Positions 31,767 to 46,867 are shown, numbered from the stretch's first letter. The stretch: 64,000 nt of DNA from the human T2T-CHM13v2.0 reference genome, Homo sapiens (GCF_009914755.1 NC_060938.1); one strand, 5' to 3'. A program made the numbers and translations. The notes: generated from the sequence alone by a model not told the origin.

Positions 31767-32682
31767 TATTCATCTTTACCTGTGAATTACTTACATGTTA
31801 TAATAGGTATTTTAAGGTGATCGCTCTCTAATTCTAAGATCTGGATTGTTAATGCAGCCTACTTTTATTAAGAACAAACTATTTTTTTCTCTTGATAGGT
31901 CAAACGTTTCTACTTTTTGCATGCCTACTAATTTTTTATTGTATGCTGAACATCATGAATGATACATTTCAGACCTTTTGATTCTGTGTCTTCCTGTGAA
32001 GAATGTTGATATAAGTAACTTGTGGATCACCTGACTCCTGCAGAGACGTGGTTTTAAGCTTTGTCAGGGCAGGTCCATTTATATTCATGCCTTAGTCCTG
32101 GAATGTAGCCATTGATTCTGGGATGTGGCCCTTGTGGGTTTCTCATGGAATTCCAAAATGCTTATAAAGAAACAAAGATAAACTCTGAAAAGCAGAAAAT
32201 AAAGAACAACTGATCATGTACAGGGAGAAGTGATTAATGGCTGACTTCTTATCAGAATTAATGATAACAAGAAGACAGTCAAATGCCATTCAATGTGCAA
32301 AAGAAAAAAACTCAACCAAAAATTCTATAGCTAGTAAATCCTTCAAAATTGAATGAGCAATAAAAACATTCTCAGACAAACAAAAAGAATGAGTTTCTAG
32401 AAGGTCTGCTCTATAAGAATGAGTAAAGGAAGTGCCTCAGGCTAACAGGAAATGTATCTACAGGAAGAAAGGAAGAACGCTGGAAATGGTAAATATGTGG
32501 ATACTATGAAAGACTGAGTACACACATACACAAAAGTAAACACATGCTTAATGTTTTTTAAACACCAGCAAGACTGTCTAAGGCAAAAATTATAACACTG
32601 TATCATTTGATTTATTAAATACAGTAGACGGCTTCTACTTCTGGAAGATGGAGTAGATACTTTTTCTATTCACGCTTGCTAA

Positions 32683-32918
32683 GTACAGCTAAATGCCTTG
32701 GACGTTATATATAAAACAAACATAAGAAATACAAAAAAGTGAAAAGAAGAAAGAAAGCTGGCTAGGGACCTCAGGATCTCAAGAACACCATGGAATTGGC
32801 GTGTACAGCTAAATGCCTTGGACGTTATATATAAAACAAACATAAGAAATACAAAAAAGTGAAAAGAAGAAAGAAAGCTGGCTAGGGACCTCAGGATCTC
32901 AAGAACATCATGGAATTG
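32683..32918 (+). repeat. 116-bp tandem duplication with 4-nt spacer
   Basis: 32683-32798 and 32803-32918 differ at one base; spacer GCGT. Confidence 0.97.
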
Positions 32919-34231
32919 AGTTCCCTGGGTTTTCTTTTTGCCTTAAATATCCCAGACTTGGTGTTAAATAATCTGGGAACATGGAAATGCCAATGTGTGC
33001 AGACCAAAACAGCCCCAACAAAAGCCTGTTCTCTCTTGGTAAAGGATGAGTAAATGGGCAAGCTAGTAATATAGAAAATTTTTAGACAAGAACCTCTCCA
33101 CACCTGTCAAATACCACACAAACAGCTGCAGCCCTAACTCCACCCTTGCCCTTTAAAACTGCAGGGGGAGCGTAGCTCTCTAGCCCTGTGGGGTTGTAAG
33201 AAGGCACATCAGCCCCTCCACTGGGGTAGCGTCAAAGAAGGCTGAATGAGGAGTAAGGACTTTCATCCATGCCAGGGGACACTACACCCCACAGAGTCAG
33301 GGGAGACCACGTGGAGAGCCTGGATTTCCATTATCACTCATCGCTAATGAGTGACCCCTCCCCATCCCTACTGAAGTGGAATCAAGACATAAAGGTCAGC
33401 AGTCGCAAGGTCACCCCAGGGTCAATGGAAGCAATGTGGGGATGAGTGATGAGGCATCCCTGGGCCTTTCAGCCAAGGTTTAATCAGTGCAGCCCTAGCA
33501 GAGGATTTTAACTCCTACCCCTGCCCAACAGTAAGGAGGAGTCTCTCCTTTCCTTGCGTCTCAGTGGAGGCTGAGAGGAAACTTTGATTTCCACCTCCAC
33601 CTGGCAGCAACAAAACAGCATTCCTCTTTCTCCAGTGGGGCAGTGTCAGTGGAGGCCTGATGCAATAGGTTTAAATATATTCTAGGATCCAAAAATATAA
33701 CACCCAAAATGTCAGGTTTTCAATTTAAAAATTACTAATTATACCAAGAAACAAAAAAATAACAGCTTGAATGAAGAAAGACAATCAACAGATGCTTAAA
33801 CCAAGACTCCATAGATGTTGAAATTCTCAGATGAAGGCTTTAAAACAGCTATACTAAAAATGCCTCGAAAAACACGTTCAACCCAAATAAAAAATAGAAA
33901 GATTCAGCAAAGAAATAGAAAATATAAAGACAATGCAAATGAAAATTACAGAACAGAAAAAAAAATAACAAAAATGTAAAACTCAATAAATGTGCTCAAT
34001 AGCAGAATATGAAGGACAGAGAAAAGAATCACTGTAGTTAAAAATAAAACAACAGGGAAAAATGGACTGAAAAAATGAAGAGAGCTTCAGGAAACTGTGG
34101 GACTATAACATGATATTTAGCATTCATGCCGTTGAAGTCCAGAATGAGAGGAGAAAGAAGGTGGGGCTGGAAAAGTAATTGAAGAAGGAATGGCCGAAAA
34201 TTTCCCAAATTGGCAAAAGACATAAACCCAC

Positions 34232-34575
34232 TGTATTAGTCTGTTCTCACACTGCTAATAAAGACATACCCAAGACTGGGTAATTATAAAGGAAAGAGGG
34301 CCAGGCGCAGTGGCTCATGCCTGTAATCCCAGAACTCTGGGAGGCCGAAGTGGATGGATCACGAGGTCAGGAGTTCAAGACCAGCCTGGCCAAGATGATG
34401 AAACCCCGTCTCTACTAAAAATACAAAAATTAGCCGAGTGTGGTGGTGGGCACCTGTAATCCCAGCTACTCAGGAGGCTGAAGCAGAATTGCTTGAACCC
34501 AGGAGGCGGAAGTTGCAGTGAGCCAAGATTTTACCACTGCACTCCAGTCTGGGTGACAGAGTGAGACTCCAACTC

Positions 34576-34606
<31 letters not shown>

Positions 34607-34893
34607 TTTAATTGACTCACAGTTCCACATGGCTGGGGAGGCCTCACAATCATGGTGGAAGGCAAATGGAGAGCAAAGTCACATCTTACATGGCAGCAAG
34701 CAAGAGAGCTTGTGCAGGGGAACTCCCATTTATAAAACCATCAGATCTCGTGAGATGTGTTCACTACCACAAGGACAGTATGGGGGAAAGTGGCCCCATG
34801 ATTCAGTTATCTCCACCTGGCCCTGCCCTTGACACCTGGTGATTATTACAATGCAAGGTGAGATGTGGGTGGGGAAACAGCCAAATCATACCA
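34232..34893 (-). mobile_element. THE1 (THE1C/D-like) solo LTR interrupted by an Alu
   Basis: tgtattagtctgttctcac...ccaaatcatacca; flanks cccac/cctac are a 5-bp TSD with one mismatch. Confidence 0.85.
34299..34604 (+). mobile_element. Alu (AluSg-like) nested in the THE1 LTR
   Basis: ggccaggcgcagtggctc...poly-A; the LTR resumes at ggtttaattgactcacag. Confidence 0.95.
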
Positions 34894-35580
34894 CCTACAT
34901 ATTTAAAAAGCTGAGTGTATCTCAAACATGGATAAACCCAAATAAGTTCATACTAAGACACATTAAACTCCTCAATACTAAAGACAATTCAAAAAATAAA
35001 TAAAATCTTTAAAGCTGGGAGAGAGAAACAGCACTTAACTTACAGAGGAAAACAATTAAAATGACAATGAATTTTATGTTCGAAACCATGGAGGCCAGAA
35101 TGAGGTGACAAAGCATTTTTTCAAGTCCTGAAAGAAAAGAATTGCCAACCCAGAATTCTGTATCAAGAGAAAATATTCTTCAGTAATTAAGAAATCAGAG
35201 AATTCTGAGATGAAGAAAAACTAAGAATTTGCCACCAGCCGCCCTACCCTAAAGAATGGTTAAAGGAAGTTTTCTAAGCATAAAGGAAATGATTAAAATA
35301 AAGGAATCCTGGAACACCAGGAAAGAAGGATTCACAACAAAGAGAGAAACAATATAATTAAATACAGTATACTTTCCTCCTCCCCTTGAGTTTTTAAAGT
35401 CATGTTTGACAGTTGAAGCAAAAATTATAATGCTGTCTGATCTCAATGTATGTAGAAGAGATATTTAAGACAACTATATTATAAACTAGAAAGAGTAGAG
35501 ATGTAGAGAGGGGTGATTTTTTAAAACTTCACTTGAACTAGTAAAATGGCACCAGTAGACTGTGATCAGTTATAGATGCA

Positions 35581-37015
<1,435 letters not shown>

Positions 37016-38848
37016 TATATATAACACAGAAAATCTGTAAGATACGTAAGACTTGGAAAGCATTACCAAATAACCACACTTAACACATAGAGAACAATCT
37101 ACCCAGTGACAGTAAAATGTGCTTTTCTTTCCAAGCACAACTGCAACATTCTCCAAGATAGGTCATGTTGTCAGGCATTAGAAAAATTCTGAATAAACTT
37201 AAAATAATTGAAATAATCTGAAGTATCTTCTCTGACCACAACAGAGTTAATTAGAAGTCGACTACTGAAGGAAATCAGAGAAGTGTTCATATATTTGGGA
37301 ATTAAACATCACTTTTAAATAATGCATGGGTCAAGAAAGAAATTAATTGAAAAGTATATTGAACAAAATGAAAATGAAAACATGACATTAAATTGATGTG
37401 ATAAAGCAAAGGCAATATTTACAGTGAAATTTTAGCTATGCCACTTGACTTCAATACTTATTATGAAGGTGCATAAAACAGACAATTTGGTATTGGGATA
37501 AAGGTAGGCAAATAAAGCAATGCAATGGAAGGGGAAAAATTCTTAAACAGACCCATACATATGTGTGGATTGTCTTTTAATGAAGGTCCCAAGGCAATTT
37601 AATGAAGGAATAGATAATGTCTTTAACAAATGCTGAAACAATGAGATGTTCATATGCAAAAAAAGAGAATAATGTAGCTCAAGCTTTGCCTCATACCTTA
37701 TTACTTCAAATGAACCACAGACTTAAATAAAAGAGCTAAATGATAAAAATTCTAGGAGAAAATATAGAAGAAAAACTCTGTGACCTTGGATTAAGAAGAG
37801 ACTTCTTACATAGGATGGAAAAAGTACAACCTATTTAGAAAAAGATAAACTGGATTTCATTAAAATTAAAACTTTTGCTTCTCAAAAGTCATTGTTAGGG
37901 AAATGAAAAGGAAAGCCACAGACTGAGAGAAAATATTTGCCAAACACATATTGGAAAACAGACTTGTAGCCAGACTAAACAATCTTTACACTGCAACTAT
38001 AAGACAAACAACCTCATTAAAAATGGGCAGAACATTTAAATGAATACTTCACAAAGTAAGATATACAGATGGCCAGTGAGCACTTGAAAAGATGCTAATG
38101 CCATTTTTAATTAGGACAGGCAAATTAAAACCACAGTGAAGTTACCCCACTACACACCCACTAAAATGGCTGAAATGAAGTTTGACAACATTAAGTGTTG
38201 ACAAGGATGGGGGAACAACTAGAACTTTCACATATTCCTGGTAGCAGTGCAAAATTACACAGGCACTTTGGACAACAGTCTCGTCCTTTTTTTTAAAGTT
38301 ACACACTTACCATATGATCCATAAATTCTGTTCTGAGGTATTTGTCCAAGAGAACTGAAAACGTGTTTGCAAAAAGACTTATACGTGAATGTTCATAGTA
38401 GTCTTATTCATAATCAACAAAAACTGAAAACAACTCAAATGTTTGTTGAAGTGAATTAAAAAATTGAAGTGTAACCATACAATAGCTATCACTCTGCAAT
38501 GAAAATGAATATATTTCTAATACATGCAACAAAATGGATGAAGCTGAAAACCAGTACACTAAATGAAAGAGGTCAGACAGAAAACACTAAAACCTATGCA
38601 CTTCATGATTCCAATTATATGAAGTTCTCAAAAAAGTCAAAACTGTAGTGACTAAATTCAAATCAGCCATTGCTGGGGTTCAGGGGTTGAGAAGGGACTG
38701 ATTTCCAAAGGACAAGAGACAAATTTGGGGGCCAACAGAAAGGTTCTATATCACAATCGCGATGGTGTTTACATGAATACATATTTTTCAAAATGTATAT
38801 TATTGAATTAGACCCTTAAATAGGGAATTTTACTGTGTGTGAACTATA

Positions 38849-38928
38849 TTAGGTCGGTGCACAAGTAACTGCAGTTCTTGGCGTTACTTTTAATGGCAAA
38901 ACCTTCAATTACTTTTGCACCAATCTGA
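38849..38928. mobile_element. MADE1 (Hsmar1 mariner MITE), 80 bp, TA target duplication
   Basis: ta-ttaggtcggtgcacaagtaa...ttacttttgcaccaatctga-ta palindrome. Confidence 0.9.
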
Positions 38929-39291
38929 TATTTTAAGAAAGGCAACAAAAACAGTTCCTAGCTGCTTTCAGTCTTGGTTTCTCACTCAAACCTTTCAGCC
39001 CGATAGGACTTCACTTTTTAGGTGAGCTCAATTCCTCCCGTGCCCCAAGGACTGGGAGCGCCCTCCCCAGAAAATCTAGTTGAATTGAAAAAATACAGGA
39101 CTCAGACAGTAGGTTTTTTTTCCATCCCTCCGGGGTCACATGCCTTCTGATTTCTTCTTGCCTTTGGTTGCACAGCAGTGCCATAAAGCAGTTGCTTTTT
39201 CAGTTGGTCCAGAGTTTGTAATTGTTATTGGCAGAAGGCTGGTCTGATACAATCTACTCTGCCATTCCTAGAACCCAAAAGTTTGTTCTCT

Positions 39292-39592
<301 letters not shown>

Positions 39593-40217
39593 CTCTAATG
39601 TCTTTTTATATTTACTGTTCTCTTCTACTACTCTATAGTATCTCTTTTTTGACCAACATTATATTTTCCAACTTTAAATTCTATTTTGGGAGATGTTTAA
39701 CAAATTGTTACCTTAGATTTATTTTGATTCCTGTATGCCTGCAATATATATTTTTGTGTCTTTATTTTCAACCTTTAGACATTCTTTTATTTTAAGCACA
39801 TCTCTTGGAAACAATTTATTGTTGAAACTCTTTTTTAAAAATCCATTGCAAAAGTCTCTTTCTTTTAATTGATTCAACCAATTTACACTCACTGTAATTA
39901 CTGTCATAATTAGTTTTATTTCAGCGGTTTTATTCCATTTTTTTTCTATTTAACTTTCATTTTGTATTCTCTTTTCTTTTCCCACCTTGCATTAGAAAGA
40001 CGGAAAGGTTTTTCGCTGATAGAAATGTATACATTCTATTTTTGTTTCAATGCAGTTGTAGTTACATTATTATGACCTCAAATTAAGCTTAGCTCACTAT
40101 CCACAGTTTCACTCCATAGCCCCTCCTGAAATCACATGGGTATCATTTAGAGTTTTAGTTTGAGAGTCTTACAGGTTTGTGTTTTGGCTTTGTTTTGGTT
40201 CGGTTCTTGCCTCGAAA

Positions 40218-40708
40218 TGTTAATACTGAGTATCAACTTGATTGGATTGAAGGATGCAAAGTATTGTTCCTGGGTGTGTATATGAGGGTGTTGCCAAAGG
40301 AGTTAACATTTGAGTCAGTGGACTGGGGAGGTAGACCACCCTCAGTCTGGGTGGGCCCATCTAATCAGCTGCTAATGGAATGTGGAAAGGCTAGACTGGC
40401 TGAGTCTTCCAGCTTCCTCTTACTCCCATCCTGCCCTCAAACATCGGGCTCCCAAGCTCTTCGGCTTTTGGACTCTTGGACTCACCAGGGGCTCTTGGAC
40501 TTTCAGCCACAGACCAAAGGCTGCACTGTTGGATTCCCTACTTTTGAGGTTTGGGGACTTGGACTGGCTTCCTTGCTCCCTACCTTGCAGACAGCCTACG
40601 GTGGGACTTCACCTTGTGATCATGTGAGTCAATTCTCCTAATAAACCCCCCTTCATATATTCATCTATCCTATGAGTCCTATCCTTCTAGAGAACCCTGA
40701 CTAATCCA
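40218..40708 (+). mobile_element. ERVL solo LTR (MLT2A-like)
   Basis: gttaatactgagtatcaacttgattggattgaaggatgcaaagtattg...ctagagaaccctgactaat. Confidence 0.85.
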
Positions 40709-40860
40709 TGCCTGTTTAGGTAACTGTACATTTTACTGAATTAAATTCCTCTCCTTTACCTCTGTGTTCTAGCATCCTACTGGCTTTAAGTCTCTTCTGC
40801 TCTGAGTGACATTTTCCCACGTAGCAGGACCCAACCACCTTCAGTTGCCTCAGAGACTTC

Positions 40861-41743
40861 ACAAGGCTGGCCAGGCCTGTCCCCCTCCCTCCCTCCCTCT
40901 TCCTCGGCATCACCAGGTGTGGTTCAGGGCAGGGGGCCAGCAGCCGCCAATTGTTCACCATCTTGTCAGGAAGCAGAAGTCGTGCAGCCCCTTCCTGTTG
41001 GTGATGGGCAAGCGCTCCATCACCCCAATCAATGTGCATTCACTGATGCCCAGTCTATGCCAAGCTCTGAGCTGGGCTGCAGGCACATGGTCGAGAGTGA
41101 CACAACTCCATTACCTTCTAGTGGGGCAGATGGGCACACAGTAATGCACGATAATAACTAAATATGACAATCGTGAGTCACGGAGGCAAGAACACAGCAG
41201 AAAAGTGCAGCTGACCTGCGGGGGAGGACACCAAGAGAGAGTGGGGTGAGGCAGTAGTTCAGCTGCACCTTCCAGGATGAGGAGCGAGTCCAGGAGAGAA
41301 GGGCGGCATCGGGAAGGTGGGAGGGCAGTGCGTCCGTGAGGATGGCCACTGGAGGATGGAGAGAAAGGGGAAGAGCAGAGGGAGGGGAGCCTGGGCAGAC
41401 CGCAAAGGGCTTTCAGCAGGGGCGGCAGGAACCCTGGTGCAGTTCTCTGGAGAGCTGATCTGATGGGGGTCTATTTCTGGAAACTGGCTCTTGCTTCTGG
41501 GTGGCTGGGGAGGCCCCTGGAGGCCATGGTTTTGAGCTCTGCCACTTTGGTTTAGAACGAACATCCATGAACGTGTACTAAATGGAAGCACCGAGCGTCT
41601 CCCCATTGCCAACATAAGGGGGCTGGACAACTTCTGGTTCCTGACAAGATGGTGAACAATTGTGGGCTGCTGGCTCCCTGCCCTGAACCAAACCTAGAGA
41701 TGCCACGGAAGAGAGACGGAGGTGGACGGGCCTGGCCAGCTTT
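40861..41743. repeat. Inverted duplication: arms ~40861-41072 and ~41534-41743
   Basis: For example, caattgttcaccatcttgtcaggaa (left arm) is the exact reverse complement of ttcctgacaagatggtgaacaattg (right arm). Homologous peptides appear on opposite strands in the ORF track. Confidence 0.93.
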
Positions 41744-42830
41744 GAGGGGAGCAGTGGTGAGCCCTGACGTGGGACCCTGTGATCCTGAAGTCCAGGAGGA
41801 GCCCGGCTGGTCCTGGAACCCACCCGCCCACCTCTGGGTCCTCCACACACCTCACTGCCTCCTGTGTGGGCATCCCTGGGCCCTGGTCACTCAGCTACTG
41901 GAGGCCGAGGGCAGGGGAGTGGCGGGGTGTGGGCCGGGTTAGAGCAGACAGGCCCATGTTCCTGCACGGAATTTGTTCTGGTGTGAAAGTCAGAGGGAAG
42001 CATGCTGTTGTGGCAGGGGTTCAGATCAACAAGGGGAGTGAAAACGGAGAAGGCGGCCAGGCCACGCAAAGCACAGGCTGTAAAAAGACGAGCTCCCTGC
42101 CCAGCCGACTAAACAGGGCTATGGGGAGGAGACGCCTCCAGGAGTAAACAATACAAGGTCTCCTACCTGTGCGACAGGACGAGATGGAAAACACATTCGA
42201 TGATGAAACCCTGTTTAAAAGGCACAAGGCAAAACAAATAAATTAACTTAGTATGTTCTGAAACAATTACAACAATACCCACTGCCCTCACCCCACCCCC
42301 ACCCCCAGCTCTGACTAGAGGTCCTCCTTCTGGCTTGAACCCAGGGGTCTTGGCAACATTTGAAATGGCCTCAGAGTACAGTGCATGCCTTTGGACTGAA
42401 CCGGACTAAGCCCGACTGGACATGGTCTCCATCAGCTCGCACATCTGGCTGCCTTCCCCGAATCCTCTCTTGTGCCTAAATACAGAATAGGGACAAGCTC
42501 TCTCTGCCCAGCAGGCTGCTGCCCCGAGGTCTGTGTGGGGTTGCGCCTGCTGGAAATGGTGCCAATGTCATGGGCATGGTAGGGACTGGGTGTTCGCTGT
42601 AACACCCCCGACTCATGCTGATCTCTACCGGGTCTTGTCTCCTTTTTCAAAAAACCAGCCCATTTCTAATGTCTCCCCGCCCCACCGCACCAGTCTTTCC
42701 AAATGTCCAAGAGGACACATAAGAGATCTGCTCTGTTAGTGGTGAGAGTCCTCTTGCTGCCTCAGCAGAACCCAGCAAGCTCATGTGCGCTCTTCCAGGA
42801 TCAGTTTAGATGCCAGCCCCTCTGGGAAGC

Positions 42831-43130
42831 TATGGTGGGCAAAATCATGTCCCCCCAAAGATGTCTGCATCCTGATCCCTGGAACCTGTGGCTATGTTGC
42901 TTGTAGGTCAAGGGGTGGAGTTAAGGTTGCTGATGGAATTAAGGTCACTAATCAGCTGACCTTAAAATAGGGGGATTATCCTGGATTACCCTAGTGGGTC
43001 CCAGTGTCATCAGAGGGCCCCTAAATGTAAAAGAAGGAGGCAGGAGGGGATGTGAGAAGGACTCAAACCCTCAGACTCAGCAGCCACCCTGAAGATGAAG
43101 GAAGAGGCCACGAGCCAAGGGACGCAGCCC
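42831..43130 (+). mobile_element. MaLR LTR fragment (MLT1D-like)
   Basis: ccccaaagatgtc...atccctggaacctgtg...gattatcctggattacc. Confidence 0.75.
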
Positions 43131-43694
43131 TGACTGGCTGTGTGCTCCTTGCTCAGGGCAGGGCTGGTGGCTAGTCACTGTGTCCCCAGCTCTGCGGCAG
43201 ACACATACAGAATCTCCCTGCTTAATGATGAGTGAAGAAATGATAAAAAATTAGCAAAAACCAAAATGATGGTACCTGCAGACATTCTTCTGGTCCAGAG
43301 CATCCCATTTTCTTTGTGGAGGATAGCCCCAGCCTCCCAGTTTCTCTCCTAAAGGCATTGCTACCTCATAGTTCACTTCAACCCTCCCGAGCTGGCTTCT
43401 GGACTCAGCCTTCCCCCAGCCTGGACTAGGCGCCCCCTCACCAGCTCCAGGAACATCCCCGGCATGCCTGAAGCACATCTGCTCCCAGCAATGTCCACTC
43501 CGAATCCCAGCCTCCATGTCCCTGGCATCCCACATTGATGAATGGAGGCCTGTGAAGCTTTGCTGAGCAGAGTTACCTGAGGCAAGGAGATGGCCAGGAA
43601 CAGTCAAGCACTCTGCTGGTGTGCGCGGGAAGTAGGGCAGGTTTGATGCTATTACATTTGCATGCTCTGTCCTTATTTTCTCTTCACTTTCCCT

Positions 43695-43773
43695 GCGTGT
43701 GCCTGTTTTTGCTGAATTAATGAAAAGAGTATGTTCCTGTTTCTGCTGAATTAATGAAAAGGGCGTGTGCCTG
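43695..43773 (+). repeat. 34-bp tandem repeat, about 2.3 copies
   Basis: gcgtgtgcctgtttttgctgaattaatgaaaaga / gtatgttcctgtttctgctgaattaatgaaaagg / gcgtgtgcctg. Confidence 0.9.
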
Positions 43774-45499
43774 AGCTTGCCTCTCATGCAGGACACCCTA
43801 CAGTGTACTGAGATTCTATTCACGTGGCTCCCTCCTTGGAGCCAGGCTGGAGCTTGGAGTGGACACGGGGTCCCCAGGAGTCAGTGGTGGGGACAAGAAG
43901 CATAATTCAGGGGCCCAGGGTGCTCCCCTGGGAAGGGCGCTGACTGGTGTGGCCCCCACTGCTGGAGGGATGCCCCACCCTGAAGCCCTCTTCTGCTCCC
44001 CTGGAGAGGAGGTGGAAGCCTCACGTATGACAGGAACAACCATTCCTGTTACTGTATCCTAGAAGAGTCAGCACCACTCTTTCACACTGCAGGAGGAGCC
44101 GCTGTGAGTCTGCGGTGGGAGACGGCAGAACAGACTCCTAAATCAAGTGCAGCAAGCTCCCCGAGGACCCTGTCGCTTGAGATCAAAGTCTGGACAATAA
44201 TTACACAACATGGAGCGTCGCTTGCTTCCGGCCCCTTTCTGAGCCTCTCCTCTGTCCACAGCCACCCACAGCAGCTCTCCAGCTATGGCCACCCCCAGTA
44301 GCAGGAAGGAATGTCGGTGATTACCCAATTCTGATTTCAAGGCCAGCTCCCAATTCATTCATGCTGAAGATGGGCCTTGGCCTCTCTGCCTCTTCCCTCC
44401 CCCTGGTGGACTCGGCCTTGACTCTTCAATGATTTACTGCCAGACCCAAACAGCAGCGCAAAAATTGGACAGTGGCATTCCCCACTTTCCCTTGCTCAGA
44501 CCCCAGACCCTGAAATTGACAGACCCTCCAAGGAATGGCAGGGAGGTCTCGGGACCCACAGAGTAGGTGTGGGGCAGGTGCAAGATCCTCCCAACAGCAA
44601 GTGGAGGTTCTGGCTGACACAGCAAACCCAGGCCCCCAGAGTGGCGTCAGCAGGGAGGCAGGACACATCTCTGAGCAGAGCAGTGAACTGTCCGTGAGGA
44701 ACAGCCATGAAAGGACCACCTGCCCAGGATATCTTCTTCAGCAGGGCGAGAGGCAAACGTATCCTGGGAAACGCTGCAAGAACGGCCAGCGCCTTCACCA
44801 GAATTTTCTACTGGAAACTGCCGGAGGGATGGTGAAGATGAGGAGAAGGCCACAGCCAACTGCGGGCAAAAGAACAGCCAAACTCACACCGCGTCTTGTT
44901 TTTTATTTACCTATGCAGTTCCCAGGCCGAAAATTGCACAACCGCATCGCATCCCTTTACAGTTGAAACAGATTCCCTGACAGAGCGACGGTGGTAAACA
45001 CACCTGCACTTTGCTCTTCGAATCACACCTAAGTTCATCAGCTGTGTCACAAAGAGGAAAGACAGCCTTGAACACTGCAGTTAATTTTTACGGAGTCACC
45101 TTGGGCAAACAGGGGACTTAGCGTAGTTTTCTTTTTTCTTTTTTTTTTTCCGGCACAGCAGCCTCAATGTGTTTGTAGTATAACAAATAAAAGTGTGTTC
45201 TTGGAACCTCCAGGAAATTAATGGCTCATTTTTCCTGGCAGGCTGATGTGAGGGGTACTAAATTGCCTTATGCTGATTAAAGACAAGCGTTGTTGCCTTT
45301 AGGCAAAGAGAATAAGAAAAGGAAAAACCGAAGCCCATTAGCAAAAGGAGGTGGTGGTATCAGAGATGTAAACAAGTGGGATGTGCTGTTCTGCTTAAGT
45401 GTTGGTTCCAGACGCCACGAAATGGAACACGATGGCGCTGAGACCACCTTGTCATCAGGCTGCCCTTGGAGAGTTCTTATGTGAGATGAAAAGGGATAT

Positions 45500-45675
45500 T
45501 TACCAAGACCTACTATGTGTGTGACCTATTCATGTAATTATCCATTTTCAAAAAATGCCCTGCAAGGTAGGCACTATTGAGCTCATTCTGCAGCTACAGA
45601 AACAGACTTGGAGTGCTGTGGCCACTCTCCTCCCAGGGCGCAGAGATGGAACGAGAACATGAGCTCAGGCCTGCA
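45500..45675 (-). mobile_element. MIR SINE remnant
   Basis: ccctgcaaggtaggcactatt...cattctgcag...gaaacagacttggag core. Confidence 0.55.
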
Positions 45676-45812
45676 GCAACGTGACTGTGTTAGCGGCTCT
45701 CAGACCACCACCAGGCACAGACTGACTCTTTAGGTCACCGAAGGCTGCGGAGTTAGGTGTAGGTGTCCAAGGAGGTCACTAGCCACTTATTTTCTGTCCT
45801 TACCACTGGCAA

Positions 45813-45879
45813 ACACATGCATGCACACACACACGCATACATAAACACACACACACACACATACACACACACACACACA
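45813..45879 (+). repeat. Interrupted (CA)n microsatellite
   Basis: Directly visible CA runs. Confidence 0.95.
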
Positions 45880-46867
45880 GGCACAACTGTGCACAAACTG
45901 GAAATATCACGGGTCACTGCCCCCCACTCCTAGGGAAGAGAAGGGAAGCCAGGGGTATTAATGGAAAGAAGACGGGGTTTGGGAGCCCAGAGGCTGACTT
46001 CTAAGTCCTGGAGCTGCCTCTCAGCAGGTTGACCCCGTAGGCTCCATCACTCCATGCCCCCCTGTACAAAGGAAGCTGCGGGGATAATTTCCAAGGTCTT
46101 TTCTAGTTTTATGCTCTATGATTCTATGAGTGCTGAGAATGGATTTTAAATGCTAAATGGAATCTATGAAGGCTGAATATTTCTCGAGATTTAAAATGTC
46201 TCTCTGCTAATTGAAACTAATTCTCCAAACTGTGCATTAAAAGCCCCAGGCTGATTTTTCTATGTGATGGGCCCTGACAAAGTGGAGCACGGTGACAGAA
46301 GGGCCCGGAGCTGCTCTCTCTCCAGGCCCCTCAGTTGTGCCCTCCCCGGCAAGGCTTCCCATTTACATCAATCTATTTTTGCTTTCCTGGCCATCACCAC
46401 TTCCCATGCTGCTTAAATGGCACAATGCATTGCCTCCCCTCTCTCTCTCTCTTCTCTTTTGCTACTTAGAGCTTGGCGGACTAATGGCCATCACCATTAT
46501 GGTGAGCGTTTAACGCTGATGGGGCTGCTTGGAACACAATGCAGTTCCACCTCAAGAGAAAAGAAATTGAAATCCTATTGCCTGGATAAGTGGGGTAGAG
46601 AATGTCATTGGCCCCAATCCTGGATGTCTGGTGGAGAGGCTGGAACCAGCAGCAGGAGTGTGAAAGTAAAATTGAAGTAATAAAAAGACCGAGAGGTGGA
46701 AGAAAAGGCGTGAGGGTCTGTCTTCTGTCTTCCTGAGCCCTTGCTGCCATGGAGCCTTCTAAAAATGGCTTCTTCTATCCCAGAGGGTTTTGAGTTTCCA
46801 GTTGTTTAAATCCGTGAAAAGGAAAGGTTCACGAAACAATAGTTACCCTTGCTCCACACCATGCACT

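Noticed and set aside
43251-43823. 190-aa minus-strand ORF
   Set aside because: Non-ATG start, no recognisable homology, and it spans a tandem repeat.
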